Shown here in pieces: positions 40,737 through 50,370 of a stretch of 64,000 bases of DNA; within the stretch, counting starts at the first letter, position 1, and each line of letters starts with the position of its first letter. The notes beneath the pieces are model-generated. The model was not told where the DNA came from. It did no database searches and saw only the letters and a list, made by a program, of their open reading frames with translations. Location of the stretch: positions 35,658 to 99,657 of IMG/VR virus record IMGVR_UViG_3300044825_002608. The stretch is one strand, 5' to 3'. Origin of the DNA: a virus. Both the position numbers and the translations under genes were made by a program.

Positions 40737-41453
40737 ATGTTGAATTATTCAAATCAACCGAAGAATGATTTTAAAGGAAAAACAATTGCTTTCTGCCTTC
40801 CGGGTCGTTCATATTCAGGAACATTTCTCACACAGTTTATACGATTGGTTTTTGATTTAAATCAACTAGGTATTAACTTTTATATCTCACAAAAATACAG
40901 TTCAATGGTAAACTTTGCCAGAACTGATTGTTTGCAAGCAGATAATTTTGCAGGTACGATGCTGACTCCTTGGAGAGGTCAGGTCAATTATGATTATATT
41001 ATGTGGATTGATAGTGATATTGTTTTCAATACACAAAATGTTCTAGACCTTCTTGAAATGGATAAGGATATCGCAACTGGTTGGTATGTCCAATCAAATG
41101 GAACTGCAACATCCAATCAATCCACTGTCGTTGTGAATATGGATAAAGAACTTCTTCTTAAATCTGGTTCTTATTATTTTGAAACTGTTGAAGATATGCA
41201 AAGACGACCAGGACCTTTTAAAATTGATTACTGTGGATTTGGTTGGGTTCTGATGAAGAAAGGTGTCTTTGAGAAGATTCCTTACCCTTGGTTTGCACCA
41301 AAGAGAGTACAACTGACCAGAGAAGATGGTGTTCTTCTTGAAGATATGTGCTCCGAAGACGTTGCAATGTGTGAAGATTTTAGAGAATATGGATTTGAGA
41401 TTTGGTGTAATCCAAAAGTTAGAGTTGGTCACGAAAAAACTATTGTACTATGA
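40737..41453 (+). CDS. GT-A fold glycosyltransferase-like protein
   Basis: YIMWIDSDI (DXD), GFGWVLMKKGVFE, SEDVAMC, VGHEK. Confidence 0.75.
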   Translation: MLNYSNQPKNDFKGKTIAFCLPGRSYSGTFLTQFIRLVFDLNQLGINFYISQKYSSMVNFARTDCLQADNFAGTMLTPWRGQVNYDYIMWIDSDIVFNTQNVLDLLEMDKDIATGWYVQSNGTATSNQSTVVVNMDKELLLKSGSYYFETVEDMQRRPGPFKIDYCGFGWVLMKKGVFEKIPYPWFAPKRVQLTREDGVLLEDMCSEDVAMCEDFREYGFEIWCNPKVRVGHEKTIVL

Positions 41454-42133
41454 TGAACTATCAAAATACACAAAAACCACACTTTAATGTGGTCATTACG
41501 ACTCCTGGACGTACATTGGCAGCAGAGTATGTAAAGTCTCTGCTTGTTACTGTTCAAGTTTTAAATGCAAATGGAATTACCTGGCATTATCAAAATGAGT
41601 ATGCTTCAATTGTTACAAATGCAAGAGAAGCAACAATTACTGGTTCAAGAAATCTAGAAATTGTTAATTCTCAACCAGGAAAAGGTCAATATACTTATGA
41701 TAAAATCTTTTGTATTGATAGTGATATTGTTTGGAATCCAGAGCATTTTTTGAAACTTTGTAACACCGATTATGATGTTGTATCAGGCGTGTACTTTGAA
41801 GCACAAGGTGCTGATGTAATGATACACCGAAACAAGAATGATTTTAGACCAATGAGTCGTGATGAGATTTCATTATTGCAACAACTTGGAGAACCATTTG
41901 AAGTTTATGGCGTTGGTCTTGGATTTATGTGCATCAAGCAAGGTGTCTTTGAGTCGCTTAAAAGACCTTGGTATGGACTTGGTAAAGTCGAACAAGAGAT
42001 TGATGGAGTCACTTATTATCTTCCATTAGGCGAAGACCTAGATTGGTGCGAACGAGTTGCACAAAATGGACATAAAGTTTATGTAGACCCGACTGTTGTT
42101 GTAGGTCATATGAAGACAAATCTTGTTTGTTGA
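41450..42133 (+). CDS. GT-A fold glycosyltransferase-like protein (paralog of 40737)
   Basis: IFCIDSDI, GLGFMCIKQGVFE, GEDLDWC, VGHMK. Confidence 0.75.
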   Translation: MMNYQNTQKPHFNVVITTPGRTLAAEYVKSLLVTVQVLNANGITWHYQNEYASIVTNAREATITGSRNLEIVNSQPGKGQYTYDKIFCIDSDIVWNPEHFLKLCNTDYDVVSGVYFEAQGADVMIHRNKNDFRPMSRDEISLLQQLGEPFEVYGVGLGFMCIKQGVFESLKRPWYGLGKVEQEIDGVTYYLPLGEDLDWCERVAQNGHKVYVDPTVVVGHMKTNLVC

Positions 42134-42134
42134 T

Positions 42135-42830
42135 ATGAAAAAACTTGCTGTCTTTTATCATCTAGGTGCGATGAATAGTGCCTGGGATAAAATTGTAAAT
42201 GAACAACTATCTCTGGTTAAATCAAGTGGATTAGCAGATGCAGCAACAGTCAATATGTGTTTTGCTGCTCCTGACTTTGCAATTAATGAAATTAAAATCT
42301 ATATCAAACAAAAGTTTCCTTTCGTTAATCTTTTAACTTCCAGAGTGATGTCTGGAAAAGGTGAACAAGAAAATCTTTTTGAAGGACAAACACTCAAAGA
42401 ACTTCAAACATATTCTAAAACAAATGATGGATATGTTCTTTATGTTCACTCCAAAGGTATGTTGCAATTTGGTTCTCAACCAGTAAATGATTGGAGAGAA
42501 TATATGGACTACTGGATGATTGAGAGGTGGAAAGATTGTATTCAAAAGATTGAAGATGATCAAGTTGATGCAGTCGGCACCAACTGGACTTATGAGTTCT
42601 ATCCACATTTCTCTGGAAACTTTTGGTGGGCAACAACTGATTATATCAAGACACTTCCAAATGTTCTAGATAGGTCTTTATATTATGATGAATCACTAAC
42701 TGAGAAACTAGGTGGGCATAGATTTTGTTATGAAATGTGGTTAGCAACCAACAAACCAAAGGTAAGGTCAATTCATTATAGTGCTGTTGACCATTATCAC
42801 GCACTTTATCCAAGAGAACGTTATGCTTAA
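42135..42830 (+). CDS. putative glycan-modifying protein (HxKG...WR...GNFWW family)
   Basis: YVHSKG, WREYM, HFSGNFWWA; paralogous to the N-terminal half of the next gene. Confidence 0.6.
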   Translation: MKKLAVFYHLGAMNSAWDKIVNEQLSLVKSSGLADAATVNMCFAAPDFAINEIKIYIKQKFPFVNLLTSRVMSGKGEQENLFEGQTLKELQTYSKTNDGYVLYVHSKGMLQFGSQPVNDWREYMDYWMIERWKDCIQKIEDDQVDAVGTNWTYEFYPHFSGNFWWATTDYIKTLPNVLDRSLYYDESLTEKLGGHRFCYEMWLATNKPKVRSIHYSAVDHYHALYPRERYA

Positions 42831-44256
42831 TTATAAAAACGAAAAGAAAGTACAGAAAACTATCACCGTTTTTTATCACCTCTTCATTCCTGATACACAA
42901 AATATGTGGATTTGGTGGGTGGATGAACAAATGGGATTGCTTAAATCCACTGGTCTTGCAGATAAAGCAACAGTGAATATGTGTGTGACTCTACCTTTGG
43001 GTCTTCATAATTCCAAGACTGGACATTCTTATGATGATATGGTTCTTGGATACATCAAAGAAAGATTTCCTTTTGTGAATATTATTGATGTAAGAAATAT
43101 AGGTGAGCAACCAAATCTTTATGAAGGACAGACACTTGCAAAGATTTATGAACACGCATTAGAAGATAATGGATATGTCTTCTACTTTCATAATAAAGGA
43201 ATGAGTTCTTATACAACACATATTCCTGGTGCGATTAAAGATTGGAGACACTATATGCAGTACTTCAATATTGAAAAGTGGGAAGACTGCATTCAAAAAC
43301 TAGATGAAGGATATGATTGTTGTGGTGTTGATTGGGTAGAACGACACGATATTAAACTTGATTTTGTGGTTCAACACTATGCAGGAAACTTCTGGTGGGC
43401 ACGAAATGATTATATTCGTAAACTGAAACATCCATTAAAGATTGAAGAGTATATGGATGTAGAAGCAATGATGAGAGAACTACAAAACTATCGTTATTGC
43501 TTTGAACTTTGGATGGCAACTGGTATTCCAAAACAATATTGCTTCCATTATCGTCGGCATCATCAATACGACAATCAAGGTCTGGAACGATATTTTATCT
43601 ACTATCCAAGAGAGATGTATGATGAAAGTTGTAAGAGTGAAGAAGAAGTTCGTCGATACAATAAAATTCACACACTTACAGAGGTTGGTACAAGAAGTAA
43701 TATGAATTGGAGAGACCATCGGCAGTTTGCTGATTGGTTGGTTCGCAGAAAGAAACCAGAGACTGTTGTAGACCTTGGAGTGGATTATGGATACTCAACT
43801 TTCTGTTTTGCACTTCCAGAAATAGGTCACGTTTATGGTGTGGATAGTTTTGAAGGTGATGACCAAGCAGGTATTAGAAATACTTATGACTATGTTCTAG
43901 AAAAGCAAAAAGAACTTGAACTATCTAATATTACACTCATTAAAGGTTTCTTTGATGATGTAGCAAAGACTTGGAATAAACCAATTGATATTCTTCATAT
44001 TGATGGATATCATACATATGAAGCAGTCAAGAATGACTTTGAAACTTGGTCTAAGTTTGTAAAGGATGATGGTATCATTCTGATGCACGATACTTGCGTT
44101 GATAAAGCAGGTTATGGTGTTGCACAATTTTTTAAGGAAATTAATTTACCAAAAACAAACTTCCACCATTCAAATGGTTTAGGCATTGTTTCAAAGGATA
44201 TAAATCTTATTAATGAAATTAAAAAGAACTTTGGAGAGTTTATCTATGAAATTTAA
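42823..44256 (+). CDS. fusion of an HxKG/GNFWW domain and a Methyltransf_24-like methyltransferase
   Basis: YFHNKG...HYAGNFWWA, then VDLGVDYGYS, ILHIDGYHTYEAV, LMHD. Confidence 0.75.
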   Translation: MLNYKNEKKVQKTITVFYHLFIPDTQNMWIWWVDEQMGLLKSTGLADKATVNMCVTLPLGLHNSKTGHSYDDMVLGYIKERFPFVNIIDVRNIGEQPNLYEGQTLAKIYEHALEDNGYVFYFHNKGMSSYTTHIPGAIKDWRHYMQYFNIEKWEDCIQKLDEGYDCCGVDWVERHDIKLDFVVQHYAGNFWWARNDYIRKLKHPLKIEEYMDVEAMMRELQNYRYCFELWMATGIPKQYCFHYRRHHQYDNQGLERYFIYYPREMYDESCKSEEEVRRYNKIHTLTEVGTRSNMNWRDHRQFADWLVRRKKPETVVDLGVDYGYSTFCFALPEIGHVYGVDSFEGDDQAGIRNTYDYVLEKQKELELSNITLIKGFFDDVAKTWNKPIDILHIDGYHTYEAVKNDFETWSKFVKDDGIILMHDTCVDKAGYGVAQFFKEINLPKTNFHHSNGLGIVSKDINLINEIKKNFGEFIYEI

Positions 44257-45088
44257 TCTTGTAAGAATTGTACCTGATAATGGATTTTATATTCATTCAA
44301 ATGTCTTTCACGAAATCGAAGCAGCAGTCTTCTTTACTTTAAAAAGACTAGGGCACGATGTAACCAATAGTGTAAATGACTTTGCACCAGATTGTAGGAA
44401 TATTGTATTTGGAATGCATCATATTCCTGTGGATGTTGTAAGACACGACCTTCCAAAGAATACAATTGTTTATTCTTTGGAACAGATGCGTGACTCACCA
44501 GAGTGTTTGCGTTGGTGTCGTAAGTATCGTGGTCTTGAAGTCTGGGATTATTCAAAAAGAAATGTAGAAGTTCTTGAAAAGGCAGGTGTAGAAAATATCA
44601 AACACGTCCAAATTGGATACGTTCCTGAGATTTCATATTTTGAAAGAAACAAACCAGAAGAAAGAGATATAGATATTCTTGCTTATATGTCTCCAAGTCC
44701 AAGAAGACTTGAAATTATGAATCAATTTGCGGAAGATAAGAATATTAATTTTGTTGCAGTTCAAAGTACTTACGGTGATGACAGAGACAATTTGATTAAA
44801 AGAGCAAAACTTGTGATGAATCTCCATAATCACGATAATCAAATCTTTGAGATGGTTAGAGTCACACATTTGATTCAAAATAAAGTTCCAGTTCTTGCAG
44901 AAAGAAATGCAACCACAGACTTTCCTGATTATATGGAAGGTACAGTCAATACTGCAACTTATGAAGATTATGTAAAGACTGCTTATGAACTTCTTAAAGA
45001 TACTAAGAAACTTGATGAACAGGCAGAACAAGGACTAGAAATATTCAAAAAATCACCAATGGAAAACTTTTTAAAGGAGGTACTATGA
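44246..45088 (+). CDS. putative glycosyltransferase
   Basis: YSLEQ, VWDYS, RAKLVMNLH...FEMVRV, resembling GT-B C-termini. Confidence 0.55.
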   Translation: MKFNLVRIVPDNGFYIHSNVFHEIEAAVFFTLKRLGHDVTNSVNDFAPDCRNIVFGMHHIPVDVVRHDLPKNTIVYSLEQMRDSPECLRWCRKYRGLEVWDYSKRNVEVLEKAGVENIKHVQIGYVPEISYFERNKPEERDIDILAYMSPSPRRLEIMNQFAEDKNINFVAVQSTYGDDRDNLIKRAKLVMNLHNHDNQIFEMVRVTHLIQNKVPVLAERNATTDFPDYMEGTVNTATYEDYVKTAYELLKDTKKLDEQAEQGLEIFKKSPMENFLKEVL

Positions 45089-46068
45089 CTTTACTTGAAT
45101 CATCTCTGAATAAAGACGGTACAGGCGGCACTGAGATTATGGGTCGTGCGTGGCAAGACCTTGTACTTCCTGCTGCTCCTGACCTTGCTGACTGGCACTG
45201 GTGTGTGATTCCCGGCGATAATGTAATTTCGCCAGATAGTTCTAATATTGTTTGGTTACATCCTCATCATCTAGAAGCAAATCTAGAACAACTGATGGAC
45301 AAACAATTCCAGAAACATTTTAAGGCATATGTCTTTGTTTCTGATTGGCAGTATGAAAGATTTGGTGAACGATTCCAATTACCAATGGAAAAATGTTATG
45401 TGATTAAAAATGCAATTCATACATTTGAACCTCATAAGAAACCAGAAGGTAAATTACAACTAATGTTCCATCCAAATCCTATTCGTGGATTGGATGTTCT
45501 TCTAGAAGCAATTAAATTAATTCCAGAAGAAGATTTTGACCTTCATATCTTTCACGAATTAGATCCTGATGAAAGAAAGAAACAATATGAACAAGGACTT
45601 CAAACTTATGAGTATTCATATGTTGTACCACAAGAAGAACAGTTCCTTCGTTATTGTTTAAAACTTGCAAATGATGATAAAAGAGTTGTTCGTCATACTA
45701 GAACAAACAATTCAAAGATTCGTGAGCAATTAATGAACACTCATATCTTTGCTTATCCTGCATATTTCCAGGAAACATCCTGTATTTGTATGATTGAAGC
45801 ACTTGCTGCTGGATGCTCTGTGCTTACTAGTAATCTTGCCGTTCTTCCTGAAACTGGATTGGGATTTTCTAGACATTATGGATTTATTCCTGATCGTCAA
45901 AAACACATTGAGAGATTTGCAAGAGAACTTAAAAAAACGATTACTGAATATCGAAATGGTGAGTTTGATAATACTCGACAAGTAGAAATCGTAAATAAAT
46001 ATTATGGATGGGATACCCGAGTACAAGATTGGGTACAATTTTCAAAAGAACTTTGGAGGAAAGGTTGA
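45085..46068 (+). CDS. GT4 glycosyltransferase
   Basis: GGTE, RGLDVLL, ETSCICMIEALAAG EX7E motif. Confidence 0.85.
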   Translation: MTLLESSLNKDGTGGTEIMGRAWQDLVLPAAPDLADWHWCVIPGDNVISPDSSNIVWLHPHHLEANLEQLMDKQFQKHFKAYVFVSDWQYERFGERFQLPMEKCYVIKNAIHTFEPHKKPEGKLQLMFHPNPIRGLDVLLEAIKLIPEEDFDLHIFHELDPDERKKQYEQGLQTYEYSYVVPQEEQFLRYCLKLANDDKRVVRHTRTNNSKIREQLMNTHIFAYPAYFQETSCICMIEALAAGCSVLTSNLAVLPETGLGFSRHYGFIPDRQKHIERFARELKKTITEYRNGEFDNTRQVEIVNKYYGWDTRVQDWVQFSKELWRKG

Positions 46069-46286
46069 TGGAAACTAAAACACTTACTTTAAACTTAATG
46101 AGTCTTTATCATTTGACTTATGATCCAAATAATGATACTGGTTATACTCTGGATCAAGTAAGACAGATGATTGAAGAACACGGTGCAGATCATGAAGTAG
46201 AAGCAACTGTAACAGTTGGTCTTAATCCTGTGAATGTTGATGCTACCGAAGTAGTTGAACCTGCACAACTTGAAGAATCTGTATAA
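46068..46286 (+). CDS. hypothetical protein
   Basis: TGATG-coupled start; acidic 72-aa ORF. Confidence 0.6.
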   Translation: METKTLTLNLMSLYHLTYDPNNDTGYTLDQVRQMIEEHGADHEVEATVTVGLNPVNVDATEVVEPAQLEESV

Positions 46287-46304
46287 TCTATTTTAGGTGA
46301 AAAA

Positions 46305-46541
46305 ATGAACTTTACCGTATATTCAAAAGATAGTTGCCCATACTGCTACAAAATTAAACAAGTCTTAGAGTTGACTGGAAGCAACTTTGTAGTGTATAAT
46401 TTGGGAGAACATTTTACCAAAGATGAGTTTTATTCTGAGTTTGGTGAAGGTTCAACATTTCCTCAAGTCCTTTGCGATGATCAAAAACTTGGTGGATGCA
46501 CTGACACAATTGAATACTTAAAAGAGAAGAAAATTGTCTAA
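46305..46541 (+). CDS. nrdC: glutaredoxin
   Basis: CPYC active site, TFPQV, LGGC. Confidence 0.92.
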   Translation: MNFTVYSKDSCPYCYKIKQVLELTGSNFVVYNLGEHFTKDEFYSEFGEGSTFPQVLCDDQKLGGCTDTIEYLKEKKIV

Positions 46542-46713
46542 TACGAATATAAATAATGATAGCCACAAAAATCGTGGTGTTGATTTTATTTTATATGGAG
46601 GAAAAAGGAAGCAAACCTATCCATTTCACATAATATTTCAAAAGGTGGTTTGCTTTCTTAAACGGGAAGTAACCATTTATTTTGAATTTTCCTTTAAATT
46701 GAGGAAAAAATAA
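46534..46713 (+). CDS. hypothetical protein (59 aa, TTG start)
   Basis: Open frame filling the gap: ...NRGVDFILYGGKRK...REVTIYFEFS. Confidence 0.45.
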   Translation: MSNTNINNDSHKNRGVDFILYGGKRKQTYPFHIIFQKVVCFLKREVTIYFEFSFKLRKK

Positions 46714-46734
46714 GTAGTTTCCCGGAGAAAAGAA

Positions 46735-46965
46735 ATGTTGGCAACTAGTTTAGTTTTTGGTTGTTTTTTAACAATCCTATTTCTCATAGTAGGACTTTTA
46801 ACTGGTTGGGTTGCTAGAGAATATATGATGAATTATCAGGATAAACCAAAACTTCATCCAGAATTTTTTGACGACAATGGAAATGTAATACCTGATGAAG
46901 TTTTAGCAGTTAGTTTTAATCCTGATTATTTCGATGACGATGAACTTGATGATGAAGAGGACTAA
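46735..46965 (+). CDS. small membrane protein
   Basis: N-terminal TM helix, HPEFFD motif, acidic tail; GGAG RBS. Confidence 0.7.
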   Translation: MLATSLVFGCFLTILFLIVGLLTGWVAREYMMNYQDKPKLHPEFFDDNGNVIPDEVLAVSFNPDYFDDDELDDEED

Positions 46966-46998
46966 ATAACATACAATCATTTTGGAATTTGATTTTTT

Positions 46999-47604
46999 AT
47001 GACTACAACAACGCAAAAGAAACCCGCAAGTAATTCTAAGAAAGTTGCGGATAAGAAAACTGATAATGCCATTACAGAATTACCTGCAAATCCATTTATT
47101 TTTGAAATTCTTCAACTTACATCTAAGCAACGATCTAATGCAAAGAAAGTAGAAGTTCTTCAAAAATATAATCATCCATCTTTAAAGTCTATTTTTATTT
47201 GGAATTTTGATGAAAGTATAATTTCTATGCTTCCTCCTGGAGAAGTTCCATACGCTAGTGTAGGCGAACAAAATTCTTTTGGTGGAACCATTAGTGGTAA
47301 AATTGAGGATGCTGTAACTAAAATGCAAGAAATTGGATCAAATTCCTTAGGATCTCAAGATCAAGGATTTTCTTCCATTCGTAAAGAATATACTAAGTTT
47401 TATAATTTTGTGAAAGGTGGTAATGATGGACTAAGTTCTCTTCGTAGAGAGACAATGTTCATTAATATTCTTCAGGGACTTCACCCACTTGAGGCTGAAA
47501 TTTTATGTCTTGTGAAAGATAAGCAACTTGAAACAAAGTATAAAATTACAAAAGAAATCGTATCTGAAGCTTATCCTGATATTCAGTGGGGAGGTCGTTC
47601 TTGA
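46999..47604 (+). CDS. conserved T4-like cyanophage hypothetical protein
   Basis: LPPGEVPY, RRETMFINILQGLHPLEAE motifs. Confidence 0.75.
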   Translation: MTTTTQKKPASNSKKVADKKTDNAITELPANPFIFEILQLTSKQRSNAKKVEVLQKYNHPSLKSIFIWNFDESIISMLPPGEVPYASVGEQNSFGGTISGKIEDAVTKMQEIGSNSLGSQDQGFSSIRKEYTKFYNFVKGGNDGLSSLRRETMFINILQGLHPLEAEILCLVKDKQLETKYKITKEIVSEAYPDIQWGGRS

Positions 47605-47954
47605 GTAAACTTCATGATGTAATTAAAAAAGTACAAAATACCGAAGATAAGATGGAATCTTGGACACCTGCAGAAAAAGAAACTTGTAAATCAAAATATG
47701 GATGTGATATTTTGATTCAAAATGGTTCCTATGCTGAAGTGTGTACTAAAGATGCACCAAGTGACGCATATATTGTTAAATATTTTCTTGATGATAAAAT
47801 TTGTTTTGATTTGACACGAGGTTCACGAGTTCGTTTATTTGATATGTATTGGGACAAGTTTCGTGATAATTTGAAGAGTATTAGTTTTGGATATGGTAGA
47901 ATAGGTCCAAAACTTTGGGGATATAAGGCACCTGAAAAGAAAAAGAGAAAGTGA
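47601..47954 (+). CDS. hypothetical protein
   Basis: Co-oriented ORF; start codon uncertain. Confidence 0.65.
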   Translation: MSKLHDVIKKVQNTEDKMESWTPAEKETCKSKYGCDILIQNGSYAEVCTKDAPSDAYIVKYFLDDKICFDLTRGSRVRLFDMYWDKFRDNLKSISFGYGRIGPKLWGYKAPEKKKRK

Positions 47955-48107
47955 TTTCCCAGGGAGTCTAAAAAATTTCCCCAAAAATTTCTCACGCGAT
48001 AGTTTTTATATATAGTAATGCTCTAATAAGGTCGCACTTTTAGAGAAGGGTGGAGAAATCCACCCTATTTTATTATAAATACTATTGCGACCTTAATTTA
48101 GAAGCGG

Positions 48108-48710
48108 ATGAGAAAGTTTTATGTCTACGCATATTTGCGTGAGGATAAATATACACCCTATTATATTGGGAAGGGATGTGGTAAAAGATGCTATCATAAA
48201 AGGGGAAAAAATTGCAATCCTCCAAAAGATAGAAGTAGGGTAATTATTGTAAAAGATGATTTGTTAGAAGAAGATGCGTTTAGTCTTGAAAAGATATTAA
48301 TAAATTTTTGGGGAAGAAAATGTGATGGTGGAATTCTTTTAAATATTTCTCCCGGAGGAAGTGCTCCTCCAATTGGTAATGGTAGCAATCTTTTTTTATA
48401 TAGTAAAGAAAGAAAAATAAAAGGAAGTAAAATTCATCCAGCAAAAAAAGTTATTATTGGCGGGGTTGAATATATTTCTTTAAAACAAGCATCTGAAATT
48501 TTAAATATTAATCATTCAACTTTATCTAAAAGAGTTAGAATGGGAAAAGATTTGGATGTTCCAATTAAAAAAGTAAGTAAAATTTTAGTTTTAATTAACG
48601 ATGAAGAATATTCCGTTAAAGATGCTGCTCAAATTTTAAATATTTCTTCTCATACTTTGAGGGCAAAAATATCAAGAAATCATCCATCGATTAAATATAA
48701 AAAAATTTAA
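48108..48710 (+). CDS. free-standing GIY-YIG-like homing endonuclease with C-terminal HTH repeats
   Basis: FYVYAYLRED..PYYIGKG..R, E...N motifs; two SLKQA/SVKDAA HTH units. Confidence 0.8.
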   Translation: MRKFYVYAYLREDKYTPYYIGKGCGKRCYHKRGKNCNPPKDRSRVIIVKDDLLEEDAFSLEKILINFWGRKCDGGILLNISPGGSAPPIGNGSNLFLYSKERKIKGSKIHPAKKVIIGGVEYISLKQASEILNINHSTLSKRVRMGKDLDVPIKKVSKILVLINDEEYSVKDAAQILNISSHTLRAKISRNHPSIKYKKI

Positions 48711-48742
48711 TAATATACATTTTAGTGTAAATTAATACACTA

Positions 48743-48772
48743 TTGACTAAATATTATTAGGTGTGTTATATT
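48743..48772 (+). promoter_or_regulatory. sigma70-type promoter upstream of the riboswitch-like leader
   Basis: TTGACT-18 nt-TATATT. Confidence 0.55.
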
Positions 48773-48778
48773 ACCACC

Positions 48779-48883
48779 ATCGTTCATCCTCATTAAACAG
48801 GACGCAAGTAGGACGACGCGGAACGCAATATCGTTCATTCGCTATTTCAGAATAGCGAACGGAAACGCCGCCCAAAGGAACGG
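48779..48883 (+). ncRNA. tandem glutamine riboswitch-like elements (glnA / Downstream-peptide class)
   Basis: Two units, each ATCGTTCA...GGAACG (closing stem CGTTC/GAACG) with an internal hairpin, upstream of a YRGV DUF4278-like ORF. Confidence 0.75.
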
Positions 48884-48917
48884 GAATTAAAAATCTCATT
48901 TCTTTAGGAGAATTTCA

Positions 48918-49052
48918 ATGAATAAAACCGTTTATAGAGGTGTCCCCTACGACACCGAAGTTCGTCGCCAGCAACAACAGCAGGCACAGCAACAACCTCA
49001 ACAATACAACGAAACCTATCGCGGTGTTAAGTTTGTAAAGGAGGCAAAGTGA
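48918..49052 (+). CDS. DUF4278-like peptide with a poly-Gln tract (44 aa)
   Basis: AGGAG RBS; MNKTVYRGVPYDTEVRRQQQQQAQQQPQQYNETYRGVKFVKEAK, with two YRGV motifs. Confidence 0.8.
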   Translation: MNKTVYRGVPYDTEVRRQQQQQAQQQPQQYNETYRGVKFVKEAK

Positions 49053-49147
49053 TGAAAAAACTTAATGTTCTTCAACTGATCAAAGATCAAAAACAAAAAG
49101 AAGATCGTCGTCATAAAGCACTCCTTGTAAATGCAGGAGCAAAATAA
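49052..49147 (+). CDS. small basic peptide (31 aa)
   Basis: GGAGG RBS, TGATG coupling; MKKLNVLQLIKDQKQKEDRRHKALLVNAGAK. Confidence 0.6.
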   Translation: MKKLNVLQLIKDQKQKEDRRHKALLVNAGAK

Positions 49148-49230
49148 TGCTAGTTATGGCACAAATAGCAGTATCATCTGCAGCTTTAATTGCACTTTTG
49201 TCATTGTACATACAGTTTATTTACAAGTAA
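49147..49230 (+). CDS. small hydrophobic peptide (27 aa)
   Basis: AGGAG RBS, TAATG coupling; single TM-like segment. Confidence 0.5.
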   Translation: MLVMAQIAVSSAALIALLSLYIQFIYK

Positions 49231-49241
49231 ATTAAACTTTG

Positions 49242-49279
49242 AGGGGGGGATTGACTTCCCCCCTTTTTTTATGTAAAAT
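49242..49279 (+). terminator. terminator overlapping a sigma70 promoter
   Basis: G-rich/C-rich stem plus T tract; TTGACT in the loop, then 17 nt, then TAAAAT. Confidence 0.75.
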
Positions 49280-49302
49280 ACTGGAAACCCTCACATGTAT
49301 GG

Positions 49303-49461
49303 ATGGATAGAGAAAAAGTAAAACTAATTGTTCGCAATCTTGAATTGCTTGTAGATTCTCTAAAGGCAGAAATCTATTCTGATGTTAAATCATGCAAATA
49401 TGATGACATCAAACCAAAATACCTTGATTACGACGAAATTTTTGAAGAGGATAATGACTAA
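49303..49461 (+). CDS. hypothetical protein (52 aa)
   Basis: MDREKVKLIVRNLELLVDSLKAEIYSD...DYDEIFEEDND. Confidence 0.65.
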   Translation: MDREKVKLIVRNLELLVDSLKAEIYSDVKSCKYDDIKPKYLDYDEIFEEDND

Positions 49462-49621
49462 TAGAGCAAAGGAACTTGTAAAACTGCTTGAGAGACTTAC
49501 TAAACAAGATCATCTTTATAGTGGAGAACAACTCAAGGAAATGAAATCACAATTGCGAGTAGTTAAGCAAGAACTCGCAGAACTGGAAGCAAAAACAACA
49601 AAAGGATTTGGAAAGAAATGA
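49454..49621 (+). CDS. hypothetical coiled-coil protein
   Basis: MTNRAKELVKLLERL...KGFGKK; overlaps the thyX start. Confidence 0.65.
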   Translation: MTNRAKELVKLLERLTKQDHLYSGEQLKEMKSQLRVVKQELAELEAKTTKGFGKK

Positions 49622-50370
49622 AACCAATTAAATCAAAGGATCTTCTTGAACTTGACAAGCATCTTGAAGTAGTAAAACTTCAAGGTTATCCAATCCCAGA
49701 GCAAGTTATTTGGCAAGCGGGAAAGGGGGATTATTCTGAAGTTCCCATTCACCATGTAAAAGTTCCTTCTAATCAGGAATGTGGTGAATGGATTGTTGAG
49801 CAACTACTTGCAAATGAGCGTGGTCATTGGGGTCCTATTGAACACCCTGCCATTACTTTTTCAGTAGCGGGTTTTGTTCATAATGTAATTGTTCAGGCAC
49901 GAACTCATCGTATTGGTACTTCTTGGGATGTTCAATCCCAGCGTTATACTGGTAAGCGTGTAGTAAAGGTTTCTAAAGGTGAACTTCCTATTGAAGAAGT
50001 CTTCTACGTGCGTCCTGTAGGGTTCTATACCAATCGTAAGGGTAAGAAGTATGAATGGACTGAAGAACACCGTCAACGCAAACTAGAGCGTATTCTAAAT
50101 GAGTGTGAGGAGTATGCTGAGTATTATGAACAGGGAATGTGTGAAGAACATATCCGTGACTACCTACCACAAGCAATTCGTCAGAACTTTGTAGTAACTT
50201 TTAATCTACGCTCTGTTCTTCACTTCATGGACCTTCGTTCAAAACTTGATGCTCAAATTGAGATTCAAGCATTGTGTGATGCTTTCATTCCCGAACTTCA
50301 GAAGTGGGCACCAAACGTTTGGAAATATTATGAAGAAAAAAGGTTGAAGAAAGCAAAACTGTCTCCATAA
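49618..50370 (+). CDS. thyX: FAD-dependent thymidylate synthase
   Basis: GHWGPIEH, RTHR...SQRY ThyX motif, NLRSVLHF, AQIEI. Confidence 0.95.
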   Translation: MKPIKSKDLLELDKHLEVVKLQGYPIPEQVIWQAGKGDYSEVPIHHVKVPSNQECGEWIVEQLLANERGHWGPIEHPAITFSVAGFVHNVIVQARTHRIGTSWDVQSQRYTGKRVVKVSKGELPIEEVFYVRPVGFYTNRKGKKYEWTEEHRQRKLERILNECEEYAEYYEQGMCEEHIRDYLPQAIRQNFVVTFNLRSVLHFMDLRSKLDAQIEIQALCDAFIPELQKWAPNVWKYYEEKRLKKAKLSP

